The translations under genes and the position numbers were made by a program. This document shows, piece after piece, positions 45,296 through 55,672 of a stretch of DNA of 64,000 nt; positions within the stretch are counted from its first letter, which is position 1; every line of letters begins with the position of its first letter. This stretch comes from an uncultured Candidatus Saccharibacteria bacterium (GTDB taxonomy: Bacteria; Patescibacteriota; Minisyncoccia; Portnoybacterales; UBA2143). The stretch covers positions 2,025-66,024 of the forward strand of contig CAZMCO010000001.1 in assembly GCA_964565215.1 (NCBI GenBank), in the 5' to 3' direction. Under the pieces are notes generated by a model. The model saw only the letters and a list, made by a program, of their open reading frames with translations, searched no databases and had not been told where the DNA came from.

Positions 45296-47746
45296 ATGGA
45301 AATAGGCCATATCAAGAAAAGAGAAATAACTGAAGAGATGAAAGAATCCTATTTGGATTATGCTATGAGCGTGATTGTGGCGCGGGCTCTGCCTGATGTT
45401 CGCGATGGTCTTAAACCAGTCCATCGCCGTATTTTATATGCCATGCACGGATTGGGGTTAGGCAGTACGGCTAGATACCGCAAATCAGCGGCTGTCGTGG
45501 GAGAAGTATTAGCAAAATTTCATCCACATGGCGATGTAGCTGTTTATGATTCTTTGACTAGAATGGCCCAAGATTTTTCTTTACGTTATCCATTAATTGA
45601 TGGACAGGGAAATTTTGGCTCAATCGACGGAGATAAAAGTGCCGCCATGAGATATACCGAAACACGTCTTTCTAAAATAGCCGAGGAAATGTTGGTTGAT
45701 ATTGATAAAGAGACAGTCGATTGGACTGATAACTATGATGGAACTCGGCAGGAACCAATGGTTTTACCGGCTAAGCTGCCTCAATTACTTTTAAACGGCT
45801 GTATGGGGATTGCCGTGGGCATGGCTACTAATATTCCACCTCATAATTTAGGAGAAATAGTTGACGGAATTATTTTTTTAATTGACCATCCTAAGGCAAC
45901 AGTTAAAGATCTTTTTAAATTTATTAAAGGACCAGATTTTCCTACCGGCGGAGAAATCTACGACCGTCAAGGAATGATTCAGACATACAGTACTGGCCGG
46001 GGACCGATTGTTAATCGGGCTAAGACCGAGATTATTGAAAGTGAAACAGGTAAATTTCAGATTATCATTAATCAGATGACTTACGGAGTCAATAAAGCAA
46101 ATTTGATTGCCAAGATTGCTGACTTAGTTAAAGATAAAAAAATTCAAGGGATTAAAGACATTCGCGATGAGTCGGATAAAGAAGGAATCAGGGTGGTTAT
46201 TGAACTTAAGGGTGATGTTCAGCCGCAGAAAATTCTTAATCGGCTTTTTAAGTTGACTGATTTACAAAAAACCTTTCATTTAAATATGCTTGCTTTGGTT
46301 AATGGGTTGCAGCCACAGGTCCTGCCTCTTAAGGGTTTTTTGGAAGAGTATATTAAGCATCGTCAGAAAGTAGTTACTCAACGGAGTCAATTTGAATTAA
46401 AACAAGCCAAAGAAAGAGCTCATATTTTAACTGGTTTAAGCAAGGCCTTAGATCATATCGATGCAGTCATTAATACAATTAAAAAATCGACGACCCGGGA
46501 AATAGCTCATCGGAATTTAATCAAAAAGTTTAAATTAAGCGAGCGCCAGGCAACGGCTATTTTAGAAATGAGATTACAGACCTTAGCTGGTTTAGAACAA
46601 AAAAAGATTAAAGATGAATTAGAGGAAAAGAGAAAAATAATTAAAGAATTAGAAACCCTGTTAAAAAGTTCTCGTAAAATCTTAAACTTAGTTAAAAAAG
46701 AACTTAAAGAAATAAGAGAAAAGTATGCTGATGAGCGTCGGACTAAAGTTTATCGTCAGCCAGTTGGTCAATTTAGTGATGAAGAGTTAGTTCCCCAAGA
46801 AGAATGCGTTATCATCTTGACTCAAGGCGGCTATATTAAAAGAGTTAATCCTCAATCTTATCGGGCTCAGAAAAGGGGCGGCAAGGGGATTGTTGGGATT
46901 ATTCCCCGAGAAGAAGATGCGGTTGGCTATTTCTTATCTGCTTCCACTCATGATGGCGTTTTATTCTTTACTGACCGAGGTCGGGTTTTTCAAACTAAGG
47001 CCTATGAGATTTCCGAGGCCAGTCGGACGGCTCGCGGTCAAGCCATTGTTAATATTTTACAATTATCTTCTCAAGAACAAGTAACCGCTGTCGTGACAAT
47101 TCAATCCAATAAAAAAGGAAAAGAGGAATCAAAGTATTTGTTGATGGCTACGGAAAATGGTATAATTAAAAGAACCAAAATAGAAGAATTTAGCCATGTT
47201 CGGCGGAATGGTTTGATGGCCATTAATCTAAAAAAAGGAGATAAGCTTAAATGGGCCAAACTTACTTCTGGTCAAGACGAAATTATTTTGGTTACTATTA
47301 AAGGACAGAGTATTCATTTTAAAGAAAGCGAAATCAGGCCAATCGGACGGACAGCTGCCGGTGTTAAGGGAATTGGGCTAAGAAAAGACGACAAAATGGT
47401 TGGCTTGGAGATAATTTTAGCGACTAGTCAAGAGCAAAGAGCAAAGACTAAATTATTAGTAGTTATGGAAAACGGCTTTGGCAAAAGAACTGATTTGAGA
47501 TATTATAAATTACAGAAAAGAGGTGGCTTAGGTATTAAGACGGCTAAGGCAACTGATAAAACAGGAGATATTGTGGCTAGCCAAATTTTGGGAGATGAAC
47601 AAGAAGATTTAATTGCTATTTCTAAAAAAGGCCAGGTGATTAGAACTAAACTCAAGAATATTCCTTCCTTGGGTCGGGCTACTCAAGGAGTAAAGATTAT
47701 GAAATTAGCTAAAGGAGATAAGGTTGCTTCAATAGCCTGTATTTAA
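45296..47746 (+). CDS. gyrA: DNA gyrase subunit A
   Basis: [24 protein letters not shown]-terminus, catalytic Tyr region and C-terminal beta-pinwheel repeats. Confidence 0.95.
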   Translation: MEIGHIKKREITEEMKESYLDYAMSVIVARALPDVRDGLKPVHRRILYAMHGLGLGSTARYRKSAAVVGEVLAKFHPHGDVAVYDSLTRMAQDFSLRYPLIDGQGNFGSIDGDKSAAMRYTETRLSKIAEEMLVDIDKETVDWTDNYDGTRQEPMVLPAKLPQLLLNGCMGIAVGMATNIPPHNLGEIVDGIIFLIDHPKATVKDLFKFIKGPDFPTGGEIYDRQGMIQTYSTGRGPIVNRAKTEIIESETGKFQIIINQMTYGVNKANLIAKIADLVKDKKIQGIKDIRDESDKEGIRVVIELKGDVQPQKILNRLFKLTDLQKTFHLNMLALVNGLQPQVLPLKGFLEEYIKHRQKVVTQRSQFELKQAKERAHILTGLSKALDHIDAVINTIKKSTTREIAHRNLIKKFKLSERQATAILEMRLQTLAGLEQKKIKDELEEKRKIIKELETLLKSSRKILNLVKKELKEIREKYADERRTKVYRQPVGQFSDEELVPQEECVIILTQGGYIKRVNPQSYRAQKRGGKGIVGIIPREEDAVGYFLSASTHDGVLFFTDRGRVFQTKAYEISEASRTARGQAIVNILQLSSQEQVTAVVTIQSNKKGKEESKYLLMATENGIIKRTKIEEFSHVRRNGLMAINLKKGDKLKWAKLTSGQDEIILVTIKGQSIHFKESEIRPIGRTAAGVKGIGLRKDDKMVGLEIILATSQEQRAKTKLLVVMENGFGKRTDLRYYKLQKRGGLGIKTAKATDKTGDIVASQILGDEQEDLIAISKKGQVIRTKLKNIPSLGRATQGVKIMKLAKGDKVASIACI

Positions 47747-47756
47747 CTAAAATTCT

Positions 47757-48296
47757 ATGGAAAAGGGAACAGGCGGGTTTCTTGACCCTGAAACAATTTT
47801 AGAACAATTAGACATCCATGATAATATGCAGATGGCTGATTTTGGTTCTGGTCACGGTTATTTTTCTATTCCTTTGGCTAAAGTAGTTCCTCAAGGCAAG
47901 GTTTATGCCTTGGATGTAGTTAAAGAGGCCTTAGAAGCAGTTAAAGGCAAAGCTGAAATAGAAAAGATTTCTAATATTGAAGCCATTCATTGTAATCTTG
48001 AAGTTCTAAATGGTTCAAAGTTAACTGAAGATTCGATTGATCTAGTTGTTTTAGCCAATATTTTATTCCAATCACAGAAAAAATCAGCCATTTTGAAAGA
48101 AGCCAAGAGAGTTTTAAAAAAAGATGGACAATTAGTTTTAATTGAATGGATTGCTGATTCATCTTTGGCTCCTAAAAAAGGTTGGCTGATTTCTCAAGAA
48201 GAAGCTAAGCAATTAGCTGAAGCCGAGGGGTTAAGATTGGATAAAGAATTAGATATAGATAGTCAGCATTATGGAATGGTTTTCAAAAAAACCTAA
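47757..48296 (+). CDS. class I SAM-dependent methyltransferase
   Basis: DFGSGHGYF motif I (GxGxG). Confidence 0.7.
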   Translation: MEKGTGGFLDPETILEQLDIHDNMQMADFGSGHGYFSIPLAKVVPQGKVYALDVVKEALEAVKGKAEIEKISNIEAIHCNLEVLNGSKLTEDSIDLVVLANILFQSQKKSAILKEAKRVLKKDGQLVLIEWIADSSLAPKKGWLISQEEAKQLAEAEGLRLDKELDIDSQHYGMVFKKT

Positions 48297-49581
48297 ATCC
48301 AAAACTACCTCTTTATATTCTCTGATCATCCCCATTATTTTAACCGGGAGCTTATTTGGTTTAGCGGCTATTTTGCCTGGCTGTAAGGAACCAGCTCAAA
48401 AAGCGGAATTAGAATTCTGGGGAGTTTTTGATGATTCGGATATTTATCGATCCCTGATTGAAGGCTTTAATAAAGAATTTCCTAACATTAAAATTAAATA
48501 TTACAAAAAGACCTATCAGACCTACGAGAATGATTTATTAGAAGCAATGGCTAGTGGGCGAGGTCCTGATATTTTTGTCATGCATCATACTTGGCTGCCC
48601 AGATATCAAGATAAAATTTGGGCCGCTCCTTCAACCTTAATCAGCCAAAAAGAAATTCAAGATAATTTTGTTGATGTAGTGACTGATGATTTTATCAAAG
48701 ATGGCTATATCTCTGCCCTTCCTTTAAGCGTTGATACTTTAGCTCTTTATTACAACAAGGATATTTTTAATACCATGGGTATTCCCCAGCCGCCAACTAC
48801 TTGGGATGAGTTTTTAGATGACGTAGAAAAATTAACTATTAAAGATGAACGAGACAATATTGTTCGAGCGGCGGCTGCCTTAGGAACAGCTCGTAATATC
48901 AACCGGTCAACTGATATTTTAACTCTTTTAATGCTTCAGTCAGGGGCTCAAATAGTTAATCAGCAAAAGACTAAAGCTACTTTTAATCAAGAGGTAGGAA
49001 ATTTTAATCCTGGTCAAAGGTCCTTACAGTTCTATACTGATTTTGCTGATTTGCGTAAGTCAATTTATACCTGGAATACTCGGATGGATTATTCGATTGA
49101 TAGTTTTTCCCAAGGAAAGACAGCCATGATGTTAAATTATTCTTATCAACTACCGATTATTCGGGCTAAATCACCTTATTTAAATTTCGGCATTGCCCCC
49201 ATGCCTCAAACTGAAGAGTCAACTAAAGACGTTAATTACGCTAATTATTGGGGATTAACGGTTTCTCGTAATTGTCAAAGTCCTAATCAGGCTTGGCAGT
49301 TTATTATTTGGCTGACCGAAAAAGAAAAAGCTCAAAGATATTTAGAATTGACCAAAAAGCCAACCGCTCGGCGCGATTTAATTCTTTGGCAAAAAGATGA
49401 TTCAGATTTGGGTGTTTTTGCTCAGCAGGCCTTGACCGCCTATTCTTGGTATCAAGTGGATAACTCATCTATTGAAATCGTTTTAGCCGATATGATAGAA
49501 TCAGTAATATTAGGTCAAGCGACTATCAGAGAAGCTGTTGATAGAGCAGCTAACGAGGTAACTCTTTTAATGCAGAGATAA
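48271..49581 (+). CDS. ABC transporter extracellular solute-binding lipoprotein (family 1, sugar-type)
   Basis: Lipobox LPGC after the signal peptide; SBP_bac_1-like layout. Confidence 0.7.
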   Translation: MEWFSKKPKSKTTSLYSLIIPIILTGSLFGLAAILPGCKEPAQKAELEFWGVFDDSDIYRSLIEGFNKEFPNIKIKYYKKTYQTYENDLLEAMASGRGPDIFVMHHTWLPRYQDKIWAAPSTLISQKEIQDNFVDVVTDDFIKDGYISALPLSVDTLALYYNKDIFNTMGIPQPPTTWDEFLDDVEKLTIKDERDNIVRAAAALGTARNINRSTDILTLLMLQSGAQIVNQQKTKATFNQEVGNFNPGQRSLQFYTDFADLRKSIYTWNTRMDYSIDSFSQGKTAMMLNYSYQLPIIRAKSPYLNFGIAPMPQTEESTKDVNYANYWGLTVSRNCQSPNQAWQFIIWLTEKEKAQRYLELTKKPTARRDLILWQKDDSDLGVFAQQALTAYSWYQVDNSSIEIVLADMIESVILGQATIREAVDRAANEVTLLMQR

Positions 49582-49982
49582 TGAAAATCTTTCAGAAAAT
49601 TTTTATATTAGGTTTTTTGGTTCTAATGGGGGTAATCATTACTAATCTAGTTCAGGCTGGTTTTGTTACTGAACCAATAGTTCCCTGTACTGATGATTGT
49701 ACGCTTTGTGACCTTTGGCATTTAGCCAGCAACATTATTAATTTTATTTCTTTTAATTTAGCTATTCCAGTGGCGGCTATTTTATTTATCGCGGCTGGAG
49801 TCACTTTTCTAATTTCTGGTGGCAGTGAAGAAAAAGTTGCTTTAGCTAGAAGTATTTTCACTAACACAGCTATTGGCATAGTTATTATTTTCTGTAGTTG
49901 GATGTTAATTGATACTTTGGTTAAGAGTATTGCCGACGGGACATTCAGCGGTGCCTGGAATCAATTCCCCACTTGTCCATAA
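49581..49982 (+). CDS. TrbC/VirB2-like pilin paralog 1 (Cys-rich variant)
   Basis: Signal/TM then a hydrophobic helix, the ISGGSEEK..ARS loop and a second helix. It carries the extra motifs CTDDCTLCD and a C-terminal FPTCP. Confidence 0.5.
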   Translation: MKIFQKIFILGFLVLMGVIITNLVQAGFVTEPIVPCTDDCTLCDLWHLASNIINFISFNLAIPVAAILFIAAGVTFLISGGSEEKVALARSIFTNTAIGIVIIFCSWMLIDTLVKSIADGTFSGAWNQFPTCP

Positions 49983-49990
49983 GATATTAT

Positions 49991-50356
49991 ATGTCTAAAA
50001 ATATCTTCAAAAATTTCTCTTTAGTGTTTATTCTGATTTTTGTTTTTTTAATAATTGTTTGGCCATTAGTTAAGGTTCAGGCCCAACCACCGTCGGGTTC
50101 AATAGAAAACCCACTTGAGGCTGAAAGTTTTACTCAACTTTTTGCCGGTATTGCTAATTGGGTAGCTGGTTTTGTAGCTACTTTGGCTGTTTTAATGGTT
50201 GTCATTGGCGGCCTTCAGTATATGATTTCTGGAGGTAATGAGGAAAAAACAAAGGCGGCTCGCAGAACTATTCAGTGGGCTTTGATCGGTCTGATTATTG
50301 TTTTGATGTCTTGGAGTTTATTGCAAACCTTATTAACAATTTTAGGCGTAGAATAA
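49991..50356 (+). CDS. TrbC/VirB2-like pilin paralog 2
   Basis: AGIANWVAGFVATLAVLMVVIGGLQYMISGGNEEKTKAARR...: a two-helix pilin architecture. I chose ATG 49991 over the TTG at 49973, which overlaps paralog 1. Confidence 0.5.
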   Translation: MSKNIFKNFSLVFILIFVFLIIVWPLVKVQAQPPSGSIENPLEAESFTQLFAGIANWVAGFVATLAVLMVVIGGLQYMISGGNEEKTKAARRTIQWALIGLIIVLMSWSLLQTLLTILGVE

Positions 50357-50391
50357 TTTTTTATCTTTATAAAGAAAGGGGGTGAAATTCA

Positions 50392-50736
50392 GTGAAAATT
50401 ACAAAGAAATCATTATTTAGTTTATTAACGCTAACAACTTTTATGTTTTTAGCTAGCGTGGCTGTTGTTTCTGCTCAAATGGCAGAACCAGAAGTGGAAG
50501 GCTTTTCCGAGCGGTCAGTTACAGAAATTATCCAAAATATTACTAACTGGATAGTTGGTATTGTTGCTTTGATTGCTGTTTTGGTTATTGTCATTGCCGG
50601 AGTTATGTGGGCGACAGCTGGCGGTAATGAAGACCAACAAGGCAAAGCCAGAAAGTTATTAATTTCTGGAATAATTGGTTTGTTCATTGCTTTAGCTGCT
50701 TTGGCTATAGTCAGGCTTGTTATAGGACGACTTTAG
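50392..50736 (+). CDS. TrbC/VirB2-like pilin paralog 3
   Basis: NWIVGIVALIAVLVIVIAGVMWATAGGNEDQQGKARK...: same architecture. A Shine-Dalgarno aaagggggtg lies upstream. Confidence 0.5.
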   Translation: MKITKKSLFSLLTLTTFMFLASVAVVSAQMAEPEVEGFSERSVTEIIQNITNWIVGIVALIAVLVIVIAGVMWATAGGNEDQQGKARKLLISGIIGLFIALAALAIVRLVIGRL

Positions 50737-50764
50737 TAGTTTTGTAATTAAAATAATAAATAGA

Positions 50765-50811
50765 AAAAGCCAGACAAGCAGTTTTTTGCTTTGTCTGGCT
50801 TTTGATTTTTT
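50765..50811. terminator. bidirectional terminator (aaagccagacaagc...gctttgtctggcttt + T run)
   Basis: Direct read; it lies between pilin paralog 3 and the convergent 138-aa gene. Confidence 0.7.
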
Positions 50812-50814
50812 AGT

Positions 50815-51231
50815 TCAGGAACGTTTAGAAATTATCCATGCCTGAACTATTGTTTCTTCCCCATCAGCGGCCATTAATCGAACTTTGTCACTATATTTGG
50901 TTCGGCCGCTGGAAGCGACTCGACGGCTGGTAGTCCAGTTTGGATGAATAGGTCTTTTATTGACTACTCTAAATTTCCCAAGAGAGCCAAGCTGCTGAAA
51001 GCGAACATATTCTCCTTTCTTATACCACAACTCTTGACCATTTACATCTTTGTTTACTATTGTCCCATTAGCCGGCAGTTTGAAAATACCAACCAGCTGA
51101 CGTGGTGATTGTTTAATAGTTTGTTTATTATTTGCTTGAGGAATAAAGAGAAAGCCTATTATTATAAATATTATTCCTGACCAAATAATCCGTTTAGCAG
51201 AGAAAGATTCAGTTTTCGTCTCTTTAGCCAT
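50815..51231 (-). CDS. hypothetical membrane-anchored protein, possible short NfeD-like partner of the SPFH gene
   Basis: A single N-terminal TM and a beta-rich C-terminus. Its start overlaps the SPFH stop (ATGA). Confidence 0.3.
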   Translation of the reverse strand: MAKETKTESFSAKRIIWSGIIFIIIGFLFIPQANNKQTIKQSPRQLVGIFKLPANGTIVNKDVNGQELWYKKGEYVRFQQLGSLGKFRVVNKRPIHPNWTTSRRVASSGRTKYSDKVRLMAADGEETIVQAWIISKRS

Positions 51232-52181
51232 TATTGACCACCTCCTTTAATAAGACCTGCTCCGATTTTTTCCAGCCCGCTTCCTATTCTATCTAACCCT
51301 GGAATATCGTAGGTAGCACCATGTCCTTCCCGTATCACTTTCCTTCTTCTTATTTCTAAAATGCACTCCTCAAGAGTTTTTGGCGAACCAGCTTCTTCGT
51401 ATGCCTTAAAGAGCTTTTGGGCTTGTTGAATTTCTGTGTCTATTTCATATACTTCAGCCCTTCGTTCTTGGATTTCTTTAGCTTGAGCTTCTGCTACTTC
51501 AGCTAATTTACCTTCCTCTTTTACCCGACCAACATTAAACCGCCAGATAATTATCCCTAAATCTACGATATCGGGGAAGCCATTGGATTGCAATTGTTTT
51601 TGGAGATCTCCAGTAGTTTGTCCTTGTTTAGGAATCTCCCCGGTCAGTTTTTTGACTAAACGAGCAACTAATTCATCAGTAGCAAAACTGACTGCTTCCC
51701 AACTTCTTTCTCTGCCCATTTGACGGACATCTTCTTCAATAAGATCTCGAAGGATACTTCTAATTCCTTCTTCGCTGCCGCTATCGATGAAAGAAATAAG
51801 TCGTTCACCATTTACGTGACTGTAATCCGGTTGCCAAGTTAAGCCAATTTTGACAGAAATTTCACCGCCTGAACGTGGTATTTCTCCTTTTGTCTCTGTT
51901 GTTTCACCTTCTTCGTCTTCTCTTCGTCGGCATCTAATATTCTCAAAGGGAAAATCCTCATTAACTTTTTCAATCTTAATTGGAATAAAGCTGTAAAAGA
52001 ATGGGAAAAACGGTAGAAAGAAACGCAATCCTTCTTTTTTAATCTTTTTTATTCTTTTTCCCCAGAGAGTAACTAGTCCCACATGAGGTGGTTTGGCTAG
52101 AATTTTTTTCAGACATACTTTCAGTCCTATGCCAGTAAATATAAGTAAAAATCCTATAACTATTAAAATCTTTCCTGTCAT
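51231..52181 (-). CDS. SPFH/band-7 (stomatin/flotillin-like) membrane protein
   Basis: N-terminal TM, SPFH core (VGLVTLWGKRI..EGLRFFLPF) and a C-terminal AEAQAKEIQERRAE coiled coil. Confidence 0.55.
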   Translation of the reverse strand: MTGKILIVIGFLLIFTGIGLKVCLKKILAKPPHVGLVTLWGKRIKKIKKEGLRFFLPFFPFFYSFIPIKIEKVNEDFPFENIRCRRREDEEGETTETKGEIPRSGGEISVKIGLTWQPDYSHVNGERLISFIDSGSEEGIRSILRDLIEEDVRQMGRERSWEAVSFATDELVARLVKKLTGEIPKQGQTTGDLQKQLQSNGFPDIVDLGIIIWRFNVGRVKEEGKLAEVAEAQAKEIQERRAEVYEIDTEIQQAQKLFKAYEEAGSPKTLEECILEIRRRKVIREGHGATYDIPGLDRIGSGLEKIGAGLIKGGGQ

Positions 52182-52292
52182 TTTCTTATCCTCCTTTTAT
52201 TTTTAATGAACTATTGTCTATATTATATATAATAAAATTCTAAATGTCAAGAGTATTGATTTTACGGGAAAAGGGGATTAAAATAAAAGAAG

Positions 52293-52376
52293 GCGGACGT
52301 GGCGGAATTGGCAGACGCGCTAGGTTTAGGACCTAGTGGGAATTATCCCATGTGGGTTCGAGTCCCACCGTCCGCA
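52293..52376 (+). tRNA. tRNA-Leu (anticodon TAG)
   Basis: Manual fold: acceptor GCGGACG/CGTCCGC, anticodon arm CTAGG-TTTAGGA-CCTAG, and a long variable arm. Confidence 0.8.
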
Positions 52377-52383
52377 CTGCTTT

Positions 52384-53508
52384 ATGAATAAAATCAAAAA
52401 TATTCTTCAATCAATTAGGATTGAAGAATATATTTTATTTCTCTTTTGCCTGATCTTATTTTTATTTTTTATTACTCTTTTTTTTCGCTTTAATTGGTTA
52501 GTTTCTTTTAGAAGTGGCTTTAAAGTTGTTGTTCTTGGAATAAACTATTTCTCTTTTGTCCTTATTTTTATTTACTTTTATATCTCTTTTAAATATTTAT
52601 TTAATTGGCTATATCACCATAACCGGCCTAAGATAAAAAATATTTTAAAAAATGCTTTATTTTCCTTAAGACCTCTTTTCTCAATGACAATATTTTTTAT
52701 TCTAATTACTTTAGTTATTGGTTCAATGGCAATTCAGCTTAGGGGAAACTTGATTGATGGCTGGTTAATGGGAATAGATAAATCATTGCTTGGTTTTTAT
52801 CCTTTTCTTTGGTTTCAACAATCAACTAATTTTTTAAAAAACTTGGCTCCTTTATTTTTGTATTCTTTTCTTTGGCTGGGTTTAATTATGGGAATTAGTT
52901 GGATTATTTTTTATTTGGCTGGCCAAAGAAAATTTTTTAGCCAATATATTATGGCTATGTCTTTGGTAGTGATGATTGCTTTGCCTCTCTGGTATTTTTT
53001 TCCCGCCAACAGTCCCCAAAACACTTATTTAAATAATGTTTATAACAAACAAATAGATTCGTCTATAAAAGAATTAACAGACAATTATCAACCTAATAAA
53101 TATCTTTTAAGTTTTCATAAGGAAATTGGCGTTGAACAGGGCGAGATTGCTCCGGTGACTACTATGCCTAGCATGCATGTGGCTTGGACAATAGTTATTA
53201 TTTATTATCTTTTTAAATTTAAAAGAAAAACAATTTATTTTACTTTACCTTGGGCATTTTTTTCTATTTTGGGAACAGTCTATTTAGCCCAACATTATTT
53301 TATTGATATTTTAGTTGCTTTATTAGTTGCTTTATTGGCTATTTGTTTAGCTAATTGTTTGGTCAAAATAGAAAAAAGATATTATCAAGAAGGGAAATTG
53401 GACAATCAAGAGAAATTTTTTAAAGAAGAAGTAAAAAAAGACCTATCCAGGATATACCAAATAATTAAAGAATTATTCCGCTATTTCTATCGGGTACAAA
53501 TCTGGTGA
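52384..53508 (+). CDS. polytopic membrane protein, PAP2-superfamily-like (tentative)
   Basis: PSMH and HYFIDI motifs in the C-terminal helices. I set the start at ATG 52384 because the GTG-start extension overlaps tRNA-Leu. Confidence 0.35.
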   Translation: MNKIKNILQSIRIEEYILFLFCLILFLFFITLFFRFNWLVSFRSGFKVVVLGINYFSFVLIFIYFYISFKYLFNWLYHHNRPKIKNILKNALFSLRPLFSMTIFFILITLVIGSMAIQLRGNLIDGWLMGIDKSLLGFYPFLWFQQSTNFLKNLAPLFLYSFLWLGLIMGISWIIFYLAGQRKFFSQYIMAMSLVVMIALPLWYFFPANSPQNTYLNNVYNKQIDSSIKELTDNYQPNKYLLSFHKEIGVEQGEIAPVTTMPSMHVAWTIVIIYYLFKFKRKTIYFTLPWAFFSILGTVYLAQHYFIDILVALLVALLAICLANCLVKIEKRYYQEGKLDNQEKFFKEEVKKDLSRIYQIIKELFRYFYRVQIW

Positions 53509-55125
53509 GTCGTAATTAGAATAAAAAGTTTGTTCAGAGATCAGTTCTTTGTTTTGATAGACTTCTTGAGTTAAGACAGTTTTCATGGAGCCGTCTTCTT
53601 TTTTTTCTAAAAGATAAGGTCCCTTGATTTTAACTTGCCGGCCATTGTCAGTGCCGTAGAAATTGAAAGTCAATTGACTGCCTTGAACAAGGCCTTCAAT
53701 TAAAAGATGGGCTGGCGTGTTATTGATAAAACAAAGGTCAGGACTGGGTTCATAGACCGTCGCATCAAATCCTTGAGGGTGATAATATTCTACAGGAAAA
53801 GCATGGGGGGTTCGTTGAGTAATTTCTAAACCACTATTAATAGCCGCCCGGAAAAGAGTGGTTGAAACTTGGCAAAGCCCGCCGCCGTATTCAGGAACAG
53901 TTTTGTCTTTTTTAATAACTAATTCTGGCAGAAAACCCTCTTCAGGACCGCTGCCGCCTAAAAGGTTGTTAAAGGAAAATTCTTGGCCAGGATTTAAAAT
54001 TAAACCATTAAATTTAGCTAGGCCTGTTTTAATATTATGGATGCGGTTTTTGGGCGAACCAGAAAAATTAGAAATCCCTTGGCCGATTAGAGTATTAATG
54101 CCTAATTTATTAGTTTGTTTTAAAGTAATTTTGGCCAGTAGTTTTTGGGCCACTATAGTTGTTTTTTTAACTGGTGGTTCAACCAAGATGTTTTGAATCA
54201 ATTGATCAACTGTTTTATCTATTTCTATGCCAAAACCCTCTTCGTCCGACCTAAAGACAATTGCCTGATTACCCTCTGTTTCCAAACGAGCCTCAATCGG
54301 GTATTGACTAATAGTTGAAGTTATTTTTTCTAAATATTTTTTGACTTGTTCTCTGTCTAAAAAAAGACCAAGGACTTGATTATCTATTTTATTTTCTGTA
54401 ATTGGTTTAAATTCAAACCAGTTAATTAGATGTTTTTTATCAATGGTCCAGATGTTTGTTTCCAGGATTATTTGATAAGGTTGACCAGCTAAGATTTTTT
54501 GGGCTTTTTGACGGGCTGAATCAACTTCATTATTTTTTACTTCAGGATAATCAAAAACCAAATCTAAATTAATCGGCTGTCTGGAAAAAGATTTAATTCG
54601 TTCTGATAAATCAGATAGTAATCGTTCTCTGTCTATGGTTATTCCTTCGCTTGAATGTTGCAGTAGGAAATCATCGGCAGATTCATCAAAAATCAAAGAG
54701 GCGTTTTGGACTGGCCTTTCAACATCTTGAAAGAGCTGACTTGTTTTTTCTTGAAATTTCTCTTGGTCTATTTGATAAACCGGTTCAATAACGATCCGAC
54801 CGATTAAAGCGGATAATTGATCTCTGGTATTAATAAAAAAGTTTGGTCCTTTGCCAATTTGATAAGCTTTTTGAATAGTTGTTTGATAGTCTAATTCAAA
54901 TCCTAAATCAGTTAGATTACTTAACCATTCTTTATCTTGATAGATAAAACTTATCACGTTGTTAACCAGTTTGGCGCACTCTTGACGGTCAACTACCTTG
55001 ACTCCTAAGGCGATTTTTTGATTGTTGATTATTTGGAGAAACAGAACTAAATAAATTAAGCTAACAACAATAAATAAAATACCCAATTGACAAGGGTATT
55101 TTATTTTCCATTTTATATTTTTCAC
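53473..55125 (-). CDS. VanW-family protein
   Basis: GGGLCQVSTTLFRA VanW core; N-terminal TM. Confidence 0.75.
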   Translation of the reverse strand: MKNIKWKIKYPCQLGILFIVVSLIYLVLFLQIINNQKIALGVKVVDRQECAKLVNNVISFIYQDKEWLSNLTDLGFELDYQTTIQKAYQIGKGPNFFINTRDQLSALIGRIVIEPVYQIDQEKFQEKTSQLFQDVERPVQNASLIFDESADDFLLQHSSEGITIDRERLLSDLSERIKSFSRQPINLDLVFDYPEVKNNEVDSARQKAQKILAGQPYQIILETNIWTIDKKHLINWFEFKPITENKIDNQVLGLFLDREQVKKYLEKITSTISQYPIEARLETEGNQAIVFRSDEEGFGIEIDKTVDQLIQNILVEPPVKKTTIVAQKLLAKITLKQTNKLGINTLIGQGISNFSGSPKNRIHNIKTGLAKFNGLILNPGQEFSFNNLLGGSGPEEGFLPELVIKKDKTVPEYGGGLCQVSTTLFRAAINSGLEITQRTPHAFPVEYYHPQGFDATVYEPSPDLCFINNTPAHLLIEGLVQGSQLTFNFYGTDNGRQVKIKGPYLLEKKEDGSMKTVLTQEVYQNKELISEQTFYSNYDSPDLYPIEIAE

Positions 55126-55133
55126 TAAGCTAA

Positions 55134-55658
55134 TTATTCGGCTTTTATGGTTATTTTCTTGGTTTTTACTTTTTCCACTTTAGGCAGCCGAATAGTTAAA
55201 ATACCGTTTTTCATTGAAGCATCTGTTTTATCTACTTCCACATCGACTGGCAGAATAACCGAGCGGGAAAAAGGTCCCCAATAGCATTCTTGATAATAAT
55301 AATCTTCTTCTTTGACTTCTTCATCCTTTTGCCGCCTGCCTTTTATAGTAATCATATCGTTAGTTATGCTAATATCAATGTCTTCTGGTTTAACTCCAGC
55401 GATAGTAGATTTAATGACTATTTCATTAGGCGTTTGGTAGACGTCAATGGTTAATTGGCCTTCTGATTCAGCTAACCAGTCCTCTGGTTCTTTTGATTCT
55501 TTTTTAACAGGAGAAGCCTTTTCTTTTTTTTCAGCCGGAACATCTTCTTGAATTGATTTGCCCTTTTTGGTTTTTACTGGCTTTTTTTCTTCAAAAGATT
55601 CTTTTTCTGACCAGTTCGCTCCAGTTAATTTTTCAAAAAAAGATGGTTTTTTAGTCAT
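55134..55658 (-). CDS. Hsp20/alpha-crystallin small heat-shock protein
   Basis: Alpha-crystallin domain (…ITIKGRR...ILTIRLPK) with an acidic N-terminal extension. Confidence 0.8.
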   Translation of the reverse strand: MTKKPSFFEKLTGANWSEKESFEEKKPVKTKKGKSIQEDVPAEKKEKASPVKKESKEPEDWLAESEGQLTIDVYQTPNEIVIKSTIAGVKPEDIDISITNDMITIKGRRQKDEEVKEEDYYYQECYWGPFSRSVILPVDVEVDKTDASMKNGILTIRLPKVEKVKTKKITIKAE

Positions 55659-55672
55659 AAGTTTAATAATTG

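Noticed and set aside
52336-52383. GTG/TTG-extended N-termini of the ORF-track entries at 52336, 40864 and 49973
   Set aside because: The extensions run through tRNA-Leu(TAG), tRNA-Ala(TGC) or the preceding pilin gene. Internal ATGs give sensible protein starts.
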